Shown: positions 33,162 to 56,123, numbered from the stretch's first letter. The stretch: 64,000 nucleotides of DNA from Amoebidium appalachense (GCA_963693365.1 CAVNZM010000009.1:1428231-1492230); one strand, 5' to 3'. The notes: generated by a model from the letters alone, not told the origin. Numbers and translations are program-made.

Positions 33162-33438
33162 TTTAGGGAGCCCATGATATTAAATTGCGCAACCGTAAAC
33201 TATTATGTTTAGACGTAAAGGGGGGGGAGGGGGGAGGGGGAGGGGGGGTTAAGGAGGAGGATGTGGTGGTGGTGGTGGTGGTGGGGTGGTGGGGGGGGAG
33301 GGGGGAGTGGGGGTAGTTAACGATACATAGCAGGTTGCTGTTAGACGTAACTCTGTCCATGGTGGTGTAGTGTTGTGGGGGTGGGGGTGACCTGGGATGG
33401 GAGGGGAGGGGGGAGGTGGAGGGGGGAGGGGGGTGGTC

Positions 33439-33469
<31 letters not shown>

Positions 33470-33843
33470 GGGGGGAGGACCATTATCTTCTTCTAATATA
33501 AGCTGTTTTTTCCTATGTCTCCTTCCCTTCAATGTAGGTGCGTGCGCCAAAGAGTTCGTTGTTTTTCTGGATATATAAAAGGAGATACATAAAAGATAAC
33601 GACAGCTTTTGCTGTAGCTATGTTGGATTCATCCTGGATCTCCCCCCCCCCCCCTCCCCCCCCCACCTCCCCCTTTCCCTCCGTCCACCCTCCCCCCTCC
33701 CCTCCTCCATCACCCGCCGCCCCCCTGCCCCACCCCCCGGGACCCAACCCCTACTTCTTACCACACTTCATACACGACAACCCACCCCACACGCAAAGAA
33801 GGGAAGCGGACTGAGAGGGGGAACGGGTGAGGGGGAGGGAGAA

Positions 33844-33877
<34 letters not shown>

Positions 33878-34076
33878 GTAGTGAAGCAGCTTTTAGGGAC
33901 TGAGTCGAGGCGGTGTGCCGGTGATCCCCCCGTCCCCTCTGTTTTTCTTGCCATTCAACCCTTAATCGAAGGAGTGCAGGAGGGCCAATTGAGTGGCCAG
34001 GGTACGTTTTTTTTTTTTTTTTTGTTTTTTTTGTTTTGTTTTGTTTTGTTTGGTTTTGTTCTGTGCCCCCTTCCTC

Positions 34077-34118
<42 letters not shown>

Positions 34119-34676
34119 AGGAGGGGGGAGGGGGGGGAGGGGGGAGGGGGGATAAAGAGGAACCTGGCAGGTCACACGAGACGAGCATTTCATGTGTGAA
34201 GGTTAGTGCCACCTATAGGGTTGCGATAGCGATGTGTACGTGTGTTCGAGTTATGGTTGTTGCAACACTTGCATGAAAGGACAGTAATGGTGGGGCCTGC
34301 AATTGCTCCCCGTGTTAAACCAGCCGGGTGACGCACTGTATTTTGTTTTTTGTTTTGTTTGTTTTTTTTTTTTGGGGGGGGGGGGGGAGGGGGAGAGGGG
34401 GGGGGGGGTTGCAGGGGGGAGGGGGGGGGGGGGGGGGGGGTTAGGGGGGCCTTCGAAAATTATGAAGGAAAAAAATGAGTCAGATCCTTTGGCTTCAACT
34501 GGGAACAAAGGCCCCGGGCCTGGGGGGCAGGCAGTATCTTGGAGCTGAGAGAGAGAGAGAGATGGTGAGCATCAGAGAGAGAGTGTGTGTGACGGTGTGT
34601 GCTTGTGTATACGGGCGAGAGATTGTGAGTGTAGACGTGTTAGTGATCATAACACACTCCTTTTTTTTTTTTTTTT

Positions 34677-34721
<45 letters not shown>

Positions 34722-35453
34722 TCTAACTGTCACTAACACAAAGAGAGAGAGAAAAAGGGAACTTCTGAGAATCAAGAGAAAGAGCTCGAGAGAACAAGAG
34801 ACAGGGAGAATGGAGTGGGTTTATATTTTATAAGGAAGAGGCGAGATGATCATGAGTCAGGCATATCTGGTCGGGCGGGCAGGTGGGCGGGTGGCGACAG
34901 GGGGGGGGGGGGGGGGGGAGGAGGGGGGGGGGGGGGGGGATATAGGTAAGTAGTGATTGGCCCATGGAGCCACAGCAAATTTGGCAGGGGAAGGAAGGGT
35001 GGTTGGATTATACTACTTTTTTTGGCTGATCCTTGAAAGCACGAGAACACATCATTGTGTAAGGGGTCTTATAAAAACGGTGCAGAAAGTTTCCAATGTT
35101 TGACTTGTTGATCATATATTCGGTATCAAAATATGATAGCCAGCTAACCGTATAACTGAAACAGCACTTAATACGTGTTAGGTATACTGGTCCATCAGTC
35201 ATATGCATAACTAATACTCCCACACCATCCATATGCGTAAGTTTACTGTGCCCAAAATTCGACAGATTGCATGGGGATCCTGTGAACTGGCTTATCAATA
35301 ATAGATGATGTCGTTAACTCTAAACTATACTAAATAATAGAATGGCCTGTGCCTAAATATTAAGCCCGCAAAATCAATTACAATAACCCCAACCATTTAG
35401 TATGACACAGTATATAAAAATCATATAAAATCACACACACCCTTCACCGCCCA

Positions 35454-37856
35454 CTAGTACGGTTCAGGCCTAATAGTCGCCATAACAACCCTACCACGGC
35501 AATGCCCCACGTACGACCCAGCAATCACGCAAGCACCCAAAAACGACATTGCAGTAACAAAAATAGCCGGCCCATAGATGAAATTATTCGCTATCGCAGT
35601 AACCGTCATAGGCCCCAACCCTCCAAACAGCATCATAGATGTGTGATATGCGACGAATCCGGACGCACGCGCATGTGTGGGAAACATCTCAGCCATCCAC
35701 AACCCAAGAACCGCGTTGCCGCTTGTTGCTCTAGCAACACCCAGAAGTATCACACAGACATAACACACTACCGCGTTATAGCGATATGCCGTAATAACCA
35801 CCCACAAAAGGAGAACAAGAGGGACAGTAAAAGCGGAACCCACCATTTCCACCCATCCCACCCCTTGTATATCCACAATCACACCTAAAAATATCCCGGT
35901 GATAGCAGATGCAACGGTTGACATAGATGCTCCCCACAGAGCGAGATCTGGGGAGGCACTACCATATGTGCGTGTGAAAGTAACCACCCACGGACCACCA
36001 ATATACACACACACACCACTGATAGATGTGGAGAGAAAAAGGATAAGTAGCTGGACGGGGTTGTTTCGGCAGACTTCCAAAAATGGCATTATCGGGTATG
36101 CCTCCGAGATCGACGACGGCTGATCGTGCGAAATTTCGATTCCGACTCTGGGTTTTGTGTTGAACTCCTCCTTGCGGACAGAGGAGATGGGTTCAAGCAA
36201 CTGCGTGTCACTTTCCTGTGTTTTTGTGATCCGATTTTCCTCATCAACGGCCAAATCCAACTGATGCTGCTCGAAAACCACGGTTTCTTTCAGTGACGCA
36301 CGACCGTAAAACCCAATTACACCGGGAACTATGCTTACAATAAACGGAATTCTCCAACCCCACACCATCATCTGGTCGGGTGTAAGTGCCGAAGTTAAGA
36401 TTGCTGCTATTGCCGAGGCCACCATCCCCCCCGCATATGCACCAAAACTATTCATCGCAGCGAGAAAACCCAACATTTGAACTCGATCACTCTCGGCCAA
36501 ATGCGTGCTCAGAGGCCCCACCTCCCCTCCACAGCAAAAACCCTGCACACCGCGCAAAAGAAGAAACAAAACCATCCCAACCTGTGCCACTGTCCCCTCG
36601 CAACATGTGACAGAGGGACACAAACCCTGCCCTACAGTAGCAATAATCATACCCAAAAGTGAAGATAAAAGCGCGATTCTGCGCCCTTTCGTATCGGCCA
36701 ACCATCCGAAAAAAATAGCGCCCAATGGTCGGAGAACGAACGGGAGGGCAAATGCAGCCCATGTGGCCGTGCTGTTGCCGTGGAAGAAATTGACGTCGAT
36801 CTGGGCAGCAACATAACCATATACGTTGAACTCGTACCTGAAGGGAGGGTAGGATGTCAGGGGGCGGAAATTATGGTTTATAAGTCACTAAGTTATTCAT
36901 TTGCTTTAGTGCCATTAGGGATGTGGTTGTCAGAAGGTAGGCGGAGCTGGGAGAGGCAATGGGTGTGTGCTGGTATATACGGATAAAGAGGTAGAGGTGT
37001 TTACAGTGCTCACAGGCTCTCATAATCTTCATACTTGGGTGTGTGTGTGTGTGGGAGGGGGGGGGGGGGGGGGGGGGAGGTGGAAAAGCAAGAGGGGAAA
37101 TAGTTGTGGCACCCGGCGCTACCTCTCCCCTCTCCCTCCCCCTCCCCCTCCCCCCCCCCTTCCCCCCTCCCCACCCCCGCTTCCCCCAGGCACACAGAAT
37201 TATTTCCCCCCCCCCACACACACTCCTTTCAAAGCTATCTCTCTTTCTATAAGGAAAGAAAAAAAGCAATCAAGAATAAGAACAAACAGACCCAGAAGTA
37301 GGCGAAAACAGAACATTACACTTCCCCACCAATGCTACCCAAGAAAATATACTAATATAGTCACAGGTAACGTTGCCCCGTCCCCCCCTCTCCCTCCCCC
37401 CCCCCCCCCCCCCCCCCCCCTCCCCCCGCGGCCGAGAGAACACCTTTCACCCCTTCCACACAACACTTAAACACAATCGAACGGTAAAGATAGGTCGTCG
37501 TGTGCACAAAATATCACAAAGGCAATGAGCTATCGGATCTTTGCACAATAAGTAGCCATGAGGTTTATATATGCGTGTGTACCTCACAGAAAAGTGGTAT
37601 GCTAAGGGGCACATAATAGGCAACAACAAAAAATAAAAAAATAAAAATGAGAACCACTCAAACATATGTACACGCAATCTTCTCAGTGCAACACGGCTCA
37701 CATCGCCAACTCAACCACCCACCACTCTATGACGTTGCCGAGCATAGCAAACCACAGCTCCCCCACCAGCCGCACAGCGTGCTGCCAGTATTTGTCAGGG
37801 AGTACCCATGGTCTGCGGCCCATCCAAAGGGCCCCAAAGCTCGGTGGTGGCACCAT
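35454..37856 (-). CDS. MFS transporter, metabolite:H+ symporter (ProP/proline-betaine-like) family, ~505 aa, two exons
   Basis: Exons 37856-37723 and 36837-35454 join in phase 2 to give GNVIEW|YEFNVYGY. Also RPLGAIFFGWLADTKGRR (MFS motif A), LLRGVQGFCCGGE, WGWRIPF and EMFPTHARASG, with about 12 hydrophobic segments. Confidence 0.9.
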
Positions 37857-39383
37857 GTTGATGTGACCACCGGTAAGCACAAACGAGACAAATTGATTGA
37901 TGTAGAGATGAGCAGTTAAAAAGAATGGTAACGAAAGTTAAGTTTGGGCAATATTTTCAGATTTTAACGGCCACTTCAGAAGGCAGTTGGTGCCTCAGCG
38001 GTTTGGGTTGAGAAGAAACGTGATGGGGTACTGGTGTGCGGAGTGATAGAGCGTGTACACTGTGAAGGATTGAAAACGGTGTGCGTTTCCGAGTAGCCGA
38101 ATCCGGGCAGCAGAAAAGTTGCGCGTGCTTAGCACAGTGTTTGTGGGGCTATGTTCAAGTGATACTTATGCACGATCACCACCATAATGCACACGATCTC
38201 AAAGATGGCACAGCAATTGTGTGCTGAATTCGAATGATGTTCATAGGTGCCAAGTCTGCAACGTGCTCCACCTCTCAATTTACTTGTTGTAAGTGAAGGA
38301 GCCTCAAGAAAAAATACAGTTGTCCTGCACTTTTGGTGGTGGTATCTTGTACCACACCTCAAGTTTGCACAGTACCACAAACTAGAAGCGACATATTATT
38401 AGCACACCTGTCACTGAAAGCCTTCGGATGCGCAAGTGAAGAGTGTGAAGGCCCTTTGAAGCGGGTGATCGTATTTAGAAACTCCGGAGTTGGAAAGTCT
38501 TCGCGGAGTAACCATATTTGGGAAAGATCTAACGTGTTGATTGGATGACATTTTTGAATACCTAATGAGCAACCATTCAGACGTGCAGTTTGATAGATTC
38601 CTTCCGATCCTCCAATCAAGTCGACTTTTCGCATCTATTTGTTGAATCCCTTTGGATCACTTGTGCTGGGGCGGAATATAAAAATAACTTTTGCTCGTGA
38701 GAAAATAATAGCTTGCATACCTTTACATACCCATTTAAAATACTATGTTACGCATATTACCGTGTTACTATGCAAAAATCACCTTAAAACATAGCCACTG
38801 ATATATGCTATATAGTTGGGAACTGTGTTTATGGTTTTAATACTAGATTAAATCATAATTTAAATGGTGTAACTGGAATTTGGAAAATCGAAAAATCTCT
38901 TCGAAAACGGTGCGCGCCCCATCAGGAAGGTTTGGGAGTCCGGCAGCAAGGCTCACACAGACAGAGGGGGGGCTTCCCGCCGCAACGGCAACAATCGAAA
39001 CGTTCGTGTACATTTCGTGTACAGTTGTTGTAGGTCGTCTGTGTGAAATTATTGAATCCATAGTCCATCCCTTTTATATCTCTTAGAATCCCTCCAAATC
39101 ACATTTACTTGCATAGCAATTAGCCTGATTACCCACACATTTACCTGACTTTTTATTGTCAATACAAGCAACCGCGTTTCTCACTTTCAGGAAAGGGCGA
39201 GCGCCAGCGAAACGAATTTCATAGGGCAAAGTCATATTTCACCTCATAACACTACACGTAGAGTAGACAAGATAGTGTGTTTGTTTTCCTTTTGATATCT
39301 TCTTCCATCCAAAAGTATCGCTCGAAACTGCAGCCTTCGCCCACGTTACCTGCGGCCCACCTTCCTTCGTTATAGCTGCCACA

Positions 39384-48443
<9,060 letters not shown>

Positions 48444-48487
48444 GCATGGATGCTTTGGCCACGTGGAAAACCTGCTGCAAACTTCCC

Positions 48488-48533
48488 GCTTCTCATCGTG
48501 TATGCGTACTTCGTACTGTGTTCCGCATTCAAA
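48488..48533 (+). mobile_element. 46-nt terminal fragment of the poly-C-associated element (subfamily A) in the RNF220-like 3' region
   Basis: GCTTCTCATCGTGTATGCGTACTTCGTACTGTGTTCCGCATTCAAA followed by a C run. It is the reverse complement of 9821-9866 with one mismatch. Confidence 0.75.
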
Positions 48534-48601
48534 CCCCCCCCTCCCCCCACCCACCCACCCACAACCACACATGCACACATACGCACGCAGTGCCACGCAC
48601 G

Positions 48602-48641
<40 letters not shown>

Positions 48642-50630
48642 GCCACCACCACCACCCAGGAGCCACTGGACGCGAAGCTTCCTTCACCCGTTTTGGATCC
48701 CTCTCCCTCCTCCTCCTTCACCACAAACCCCCCCCCCCTCCAACACACACACGCACACACACACACTGACCCCTTTGTGTCAGCTCCCTCTCGTGGACTA
48801 TTTTTTTTTCTACATCCCTCCCTCGTCCTCCTGCCATACGCTTTCTCTAAAGCAAACATACGCACACATCCCCCCTCCCCTTCCCCCGACCCCCCCCACA
48901 CACACCCCATTTTTTTTTACATAGTAACTACCACGGACACATCAACATAAGAGCAAATAGACAGTGCTGTTTGATGCTACCCACACATTATAGTTCTTTA
49001 TGCAGTGCCAGACACCATCGTTTATCTCGATGGTGAGCATGTGCTCTTGCAGCTCGTTTTCTTTTTGTAATCATCGCTGACTTTCTTGGTAATGGTGAGG
49101 GAGGGGAAGGGGGGAAGGGGGGGGGGGGGGGGGGGGGGGGCAAGTGTTGCACTTTTGTTTCCTTAGTTGAAAGAGCAGGAAATACGAAGACGGTAGGATT
49201 CCAAACTGTTTCACCTGCAACCACAGTGTGAGGAATCTAATTTAAATGATAGTCGAATGCAACTTGGTTGACACCAATTTTTTTCCTCTCTTGAATGACC
49301 TAGCCCAGACCGGCCCTTGCAATAGATGAATGGGCAATATCTAACTTAGAGTATCATGTGAATATTGTGCGCATGTCAGATGTATCGTAGAAGACCCACA
49401 TAAATCACAGCAAGCAGGACACGTTCTAAACTTTAATAATAGAAGGAAGCGAACAAAATAAGATGTGACTCGGTGCATTGCCAAGAGACCAGGTTCTTGG
49501 CCTTTGGAATTCTTAAATGTGTGTGTATGTACACGAAGTTCAACCCATGTGTTTGTGTATACGTACTTGCATTTGTGTTGTTTGGACCCTTAATTCTTCC
49601 GCGGGGGAGGGGGGGGGGGGGGGGGGGAGGGGGGGGGAGACGGCTAGCTAGGTATTCAGGAGGCCTAGGGAGGAAGGGGGGGGGGGGGGGACTAGGTAGT
49701 CGGGACGAAGGCGGGGGGGGGGGGGGGGGGGGGGGGGGGAGGGGTGGACGCGGTGTACTGAGGTGGAGGAGGGCAAGACTTGCTATCGTGCCAACGTCGG
49801 CACTGACGTCCATGCCATTGAATCATCATCTACAATCTGACATTGATGCCCAGCTGCATGGCCCACCACATCGATTATGTGACGTAGTCACCCCCTCAGG
49901 AGTCAGGAGGGCATGCGTGCCGGGCCCGGACGGCGGACGATCGGAGTCGACGTCGGGACTCGGGCCGGAGGACCGGTACCAAATTGGAAGCTGCATGCAT
50001 TTCGCTGCTTTCTATTGTAGAAACCCTACATATTGTTTGTTGAAGTGAATATGAAACATCAAAGACAACAAAAACTCAGAAAATATATAGCATTCTATTA
50101 TTAGTCAAGATAGTTCTATTTTGCCCAAGCCTAGCCAAGCCTTCTAGAACTTCGAAAGAATTAGCACTTTCTCGGGCACGTGCATGCCGGAGCGCACCGA
50201 AACGGCAGCAACCTGTCCTTTTTCAGCGGGCTTGACAGCGATTGGTGGCTTATAACAATCTAGAACCAATGAAGTTGCAGGGTGCTGAAAAGTTACTTAG
50301 TTTGGTTATTTTTCAAGTCCGCCTGGTATTTGCAAAGCTGATTGGGTGGCTTTTTTGTGGAGGAGGGTTCTATAGCGAGTGGTGCGAATTTTATGGTAGC
50401 GGTGTAAGTAATCAGCCAAAGAGACAGCATTATAATGTGGCAGTGTGTTAAATTCTTATATGTTTGTTAAAACTATAATGCTGTAGCTTTCTACATTTTT
50501 AGTCTGATTAATCTATGTTTTCTGGCTATTCACTTTCCAAATTTGCAGTAAAATGTCTTATTGAACCCCCCTGTACGTGCACCGCGTGGCTTCGATGTCA
50601 TTCTGTGAATTTCTGAGATTCAATCTACGA

Positions 50631-50679
50631 CCAATCAAAACGCGCCCCAAAATTATTTTGCTTTCAACGGGTATATAAA
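50631..50679 (+). promoter_or_regulatory. Putative CCAAT box (50631) and TATA box (TATATAAA, 50672-50679) of the flavohemoglobin gene
   Basis: The motifs lie about 180 and 135 nt upstream of ATG 50811 in plausible order. Motif match only. Confidence 0.45.
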
Positions 50680-50810
50680 CCGCCAATGACACACAACGTT
50701 AGCATTCAGTCTGTGTGTTGCCACGGTTGATTCTCTCGACGTCTAAACTCTCCTTGTTTACACACATCGTTGCCCCTTTTTACAATAACTTGAACGAGCG
50801 TAAAGTCAAC

Positions 50811-52916
50811 ATGGCCACCCCTCTGAAAGCCGAGCACATCGCCATCATCAGCGCCTGCGTGCCAGCGCTGCAGGCTCACGGTGTGGACATTACCAAGCGC
50901 ATGTACAACCTCATGTTTGCCGAGCACCCGGAAGTCAAGTTGCTGTTCAACCAGACTCACCAGGTGGGTTTTATGGCGTTTTTAGCATTTGCTGCGTCAG
51001 GTTTGCATGTTTCTAGGTTATTCTGCTTGATGTAATAGCCATAGATAGATGCAGTTAGGGCATTTTTTATTTCTGAGAGGACACATGAAAGTCTTGTTAT
51101 GCAAATTTGGATTTGGGAGGCTGATTTGGGATTCAACAGAGCACAGGCTTTACCACACAAACCAAATCCAGAACCAATGAATACCTTACCGTAAAGTAGG
51201 ACACCTTACTCCACCGAAATCCTGACTTTCTCACCCACCCAGTAAGCCCATTTATACACCCACTCACACCTTTTTGCCCCACAGAAACGTGGTCTTCAGC
51301 CCGTGACGCTCGCCAATGCTGTGCTTGCATATGCCGAGAACATTGAAAACCTTGGTGCCCTGGGTGCCGATGTGGAGCGCATTGCCCACAAGCACTGCTC
51401 CCTCAACATCCTGCCCGAGCACTACCCCATTGTCGGTGGCTGCCTGCTGCGCGCTATCAAGGTATGTGGGGGACTATCATGGGTGGTGTGTGTCGAGAGA
51501 AGAAGAAATGTACAAGCGCACACACACATCTTCGTACGCATGCCCCTGGTTTACATGTTCACACAGACACAAAATGAAGAACGGGCTAAAAGGAGAGGAG
51601 TGTGTATGTGTGTGTGTGGGGGGGAGGGGGATAGTGTTTTTTTTTTTTTTTTTTTTTTTAAGGGGGTGGGGGGGAATGTTTCTATGCTATGAAAGAAAAG
51701 TGCAGGATGTCTTTGTGGATGTAAGAGGGTGAACGGTAATCTTCCTTACATTCGTAAAATAGACGATTTATGCGATCCCGTTCTATAGACTTATTATGGT
51801 GCTCACACTTTCCATTTCCCATTCAGGACGTGCTTGGTGATGCCGCCACTGAGGCCGTGATTGATGCCTGGGCTGCCGGATATGGTCTGTTGGCCGACGT
51901 TCTGATTGGCCGTGAGCGCCAGCTCTACGAGGAGGCAAAGGTCAGGCCCGGCGGCTGGGAGGGCTTCCGTGAGTTCGAGGTTAGTCCCCCCCCCCCCCCC
52001 CCTCCACCCCCTTCATTTTTCCCCAAAGCCTCATGCCGGCCTTCCCCCCTCCCCCCTCCCAAGGCTGTGTTCTTCGCTTGTTGTCAACACCCCCCCCCCC
52101 TCCCCCCCCCTTCCGGCAGCTCCTCAAAAAGTTCTCCTCATCTCCCCACTTTTTGTGTCGTATTCGTCACTTTGGTCCCCTCAAATCCATCCTTCCACCG
52201 GCCTTACTCCGACTTCGTGCCCCCCTTCCCCCCCCCCCCCCCCCCCCCTCTCCCCTACTCTGCGGTCCGGCCATTCGGATTAGGGAGTAATAAGATTTGT
52301 ATTGAAATGCGTGTATGCTCCTTTCTTTCCACGTTTCCTAACTTCCTCCATCCCTCACAGGTCAGCAAGAAGGAGGTCGAGAGTGACGTCATCACCTCGT
52401 TCTATCTCGTCCCCAAGGACAACGGCAGCCTCCCCGCATACCTGCCCGGCCAGTATATTGCCATTAAGGCACATATTGGCGACGGCCCTGTCGTGCGCAA
52501 CTATTCTCTCTCCTCCGAATCCACGGGCAAGTATCTGCGCATCTCCGTGAAGAGGGAGGATGCCTCTGGGGAGAACCCCAACGGTGTTGTGTCCAGCCAC
52601 CTGCATGAGAATGTGAATGTGGGCGACACCCTGCTCGTCACTCCACCCTTTGGTGACTTCTCTCTCAAGGTTTGTCACAAACTCCCCCCCCCTCCCCCCC
52701 CCCCCCCCCCACCCCCTCCCCCTGTCCGCTGCCTGTCCTCCGTTCTTCTCCACCCCTCATTAGAATGCTCTCCGTCACTTCTTCCCCTACACCCTATCCC
52801 CTCGAAATGGCCTTCTTCCCGGCTTCCCGGGGAATTCGAACACTCGGCTGTGAGAAACAAATGGACAGCCAACCCCTTCCTCCCTTCCCCCCCCTCCCCC
52901 CCCCAACTTCCCCCAC

Positions 52917-52984
<68 letters not shown>

Positions 52985-53799
52985 CTGTAACACAGGCAAA
53001 CACACCGTAACAGGTGCTTGTGCCCAACACCTTGTTGCCTCCCTCCCCTTCCCCCCCCCCCCCCCCCCCCCACCCACTCCATCAACGCCACCCCACACAC
53101 CGACACGCAGACACACACGTGGCATCGATAATCTTTGCTCTTTACACCTCCCCCCCCCCCCCCCCCCCCCCCCCCCTCCCCCCCCCTTTCCTTTCCGGCT
53201 GCTTTCTGCCCCACCCTGGCCAACCTCCGCAGCGCCACATTACACGCATACACCTTGCCATTGCTCTATTCACTGATTCGCAACACATCCACTAACCCCA
53301 CTCCTCCCACAGCCAGCCACCAAGCGGCCCATTGTCCTTCTCAGTGCAGGGGTGGGCATCACCCCCCTTGCCTCTATGCTTGGCCACCTGATCCAAGACC
53401 CCCCCAAGGACACACAAGTCTACTTCCTTCACGGTGCACGCAACGGTTCCACCCATGCACTGAAATCTCTGTTCAAGGCAACCGAAGAATCCGAAAATTT
53501 CACCGCCCGTGCCGCGTACAGCCGCCCCCGGAGCGGGTGACAAGGAGGGTGTTGACTTCCACAAGAAGGGCCACGTTGATATCGATTACGTGAAGGAGAT
53601 TGTGAAATCTCCCGAATGTGATTTTTATGTTTGCGGCCCCACGGCATTTGTTGGGGACATGGTAAATGGGCTGCAGGAGTGGGGGGTGAGCAAGGAGAGC
53701 ATTTTCTATGAGTGCTTTGGGCCATTTGCACCGGCAGAGAAGGTCGTGAAGCCCGCAGCAGGCATGCAGTGCCCGTTTGCAGGCAAGGTGGCAGCCTAA
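50811..53799 (+). CDS. hmp: Flavohemoglobin (NO dioxygenase; globin + FAD + NAD(P)H domains), five exons, with a 1-nt frameshift in the last exon
   Basis: Exons 50811-50963, 51285-51461, 51827-51979, 52361-52669 and 53313-53799. Motifs: [104 protein letters not shown]. One extra C in the run 53525-53529 separates the two frames. Confidence 0.93.
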
Positions 53800-54202
53800 A
53801 AACTGGATTGATTTTTGTGAATTTTCCGGATCTTGCGATTGTTGCATGAGCGCTGATACGATTTATAGAGACCTCAGGTTGATGACCTTAAATTTGCACA
53901 TAGCTTGAATGTGTGCATCGCGGCTTGAATGTGTGCATCGCGAGTGAGGGATATCCAAGCTTAGACTATGAAATAAAACTACGATAAATATTATGGATGA
54001 TCGTCTTGATATAGTGACATTGACTATAGTCTCGCAGACTACCTAGATATCAGGGGACCTGTTGAGTATTGCTGATTGCAACGAGAATTGGTAGAGTGTA
54101 ATTCAAAACACACAGTAAAAGGTGTGGACGAGTGAGTGTTGTAGACAGATATAGGAAGACTGTGTAGGAATGTGTATTGCACTGCTGCGGGCAGCATAGT
54201 GT

Positions 54203-54255
54203 GGATTGACGAGAAAGTAAAACCGACTGGATTGACGAGAAAGTAAAACCGACTG
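54203..54255. repeat. Short tandem duplication (TGGATTGACGAGAAAGTAAAACCGAC x2)
   Basis: Directly visible. A similar 20-bp duplication (GCTTGAATGTGTGCATCGCG) lies at ~53903-53942. Confidence 0.85.
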
Positions 54256-54377
54256 GCAAAGTTTAACCGAACCTGCGAGATTTAGCATGCACCTGATTGC
54301 TTGAAATTTAGGGTTTTTAGTGATTCCATTGTGTGTGTGTGTGTGTGTGTGTGCTTGTTCGAAAGCTCTAATTGCAG

Positions 54378-54430
<53 letters not shown>

Positions 54431-55422
54431 AGGAAGAAAAAAAAAGAAAAGAAAAAAAGAACTTCGGAAATGGAAAAAAAAGGGAAGACACCTTGAAGGG
54501 GGGGAAAAAAAGATGCGAAGAAACGTGCGCACACACACACACACCACACACCACATACTCATACACCACACACACACACACGCACACACACGTGCACACA
54601 CACACCACAACCGGTGCATTCACCACCACCTCCGGGTCTTCACTAACATATTAGCGTCTATCTCCAAGTTGAGTCCATGAGCTACGATCATGTGTGCAAA
54701 TATCCAGTTGCCCCGAAGTTAAAAGGGGTTTCTTTCATAATTAGCTTTCCGAATCGGGTCGGGTCAGAGAGGTTTCTAGCTATGTGAATGACCTGCTGGG
54801 CATCAGAGCCGGTCCCGGTAACCGACAACACATTTCGCCGGCAGCAAGGCACAGATGTGCAATGATTTTTTTTTTTTGAAAAAAAAAGGAAGACACAGGG
54901 ATCCGGAAGATGAATGACCAAGCGCTACGAAGAAAAATGCAGTTTAAAAGTTTGATTTATATATATGCTTGACCCGGGTGTGCTGGAATGTGGCCAATTA
55001 ATCTGCCTAAAAACCCCCTTTGAGAAAGATATTTATTGTAACCAAAAAACGAAAATAGAGCACAGGCATGTGAGGGAGGAACCACACCCATTTTAGCATA
55101 CTATTATTTGGAAGACCTGCTCCCAAGGTGCCTGTCGGTCGGTTTCTAACGTTTCGTGATTTATTCTCTACATGCAGATTATATTTTGCAATCAGTTATA
55201 ACAAAGCACGCAACAAAATGAATTTCATCAGACAGACTTCTCCACGAGTGGGTGATCATGATTTTGTGCAGATTGCAGGCGTAAAGTGGAAACGAGGTGT
55301 GTGCACCTGCCCTCCTGTCTGAATGGCTGTGTGCAGATGCAAACGAGTGTGTGCCTGTGTGTGTGTTTTGGATGTGACTGTATGGGGTGCTTATACCATT
55401 CTAGCGTTAATCAAAGACCCCC

Positions 55423-55461
<39 letters not shown>

Positions 55462-55600
55462 AAACAAGCACTCATGGTCATCCATTTGCGGCTTCGTTAG
55501 CATTCTCCATGTCGCAAACAGAAATCTTTCAGGAAAGAAAAACTCAAAATCGGCTACACAACTAACCAGATCTATCAGTTATAATTTTAATGTTTCGTCG

Positions 55601-55706
55601 CTATTGGCCGGCTGCCTCTGGTTTGCCGGGTGGGTCAGTCTGCTGTGGGGCATTCACCAGGTCCTTGTATCCCAATTTAACAAAGTCTTCCCTAGCCATC
55701 AGATTG

Positions 55707-55778
<72 letters not shown>

Positions 55779-56084
55779 ACGCGCGCGCATGTGTGTGCGG
55801 GCGAGTGTGTGCGCAAGTCCGTGTATGTGTATGGATCGATGTGTGGGTGCCCGTGTGTGTGTGTAATGTGTGGGTGCCCGTGTGTGTGTGTAATGTGTGG
55901 GTGGATGTGAACACCTGCCGTGAATGGTAGCTGACATGTATTAGTGTCTGGGCACGTGGCTTGCATGAGATGCTGTTCGTGGTAGTGACTAACTAGCGGG
56001 GAATGGAGGGCCTTTGAAAGGAATGGTCCTCTCAAATAAAGAGAAATTTTTTTTCTTCTTTCTCTTCCCCCTGGAAGGAGGAAA

Positions 56085-56123
<39 letters not shown>

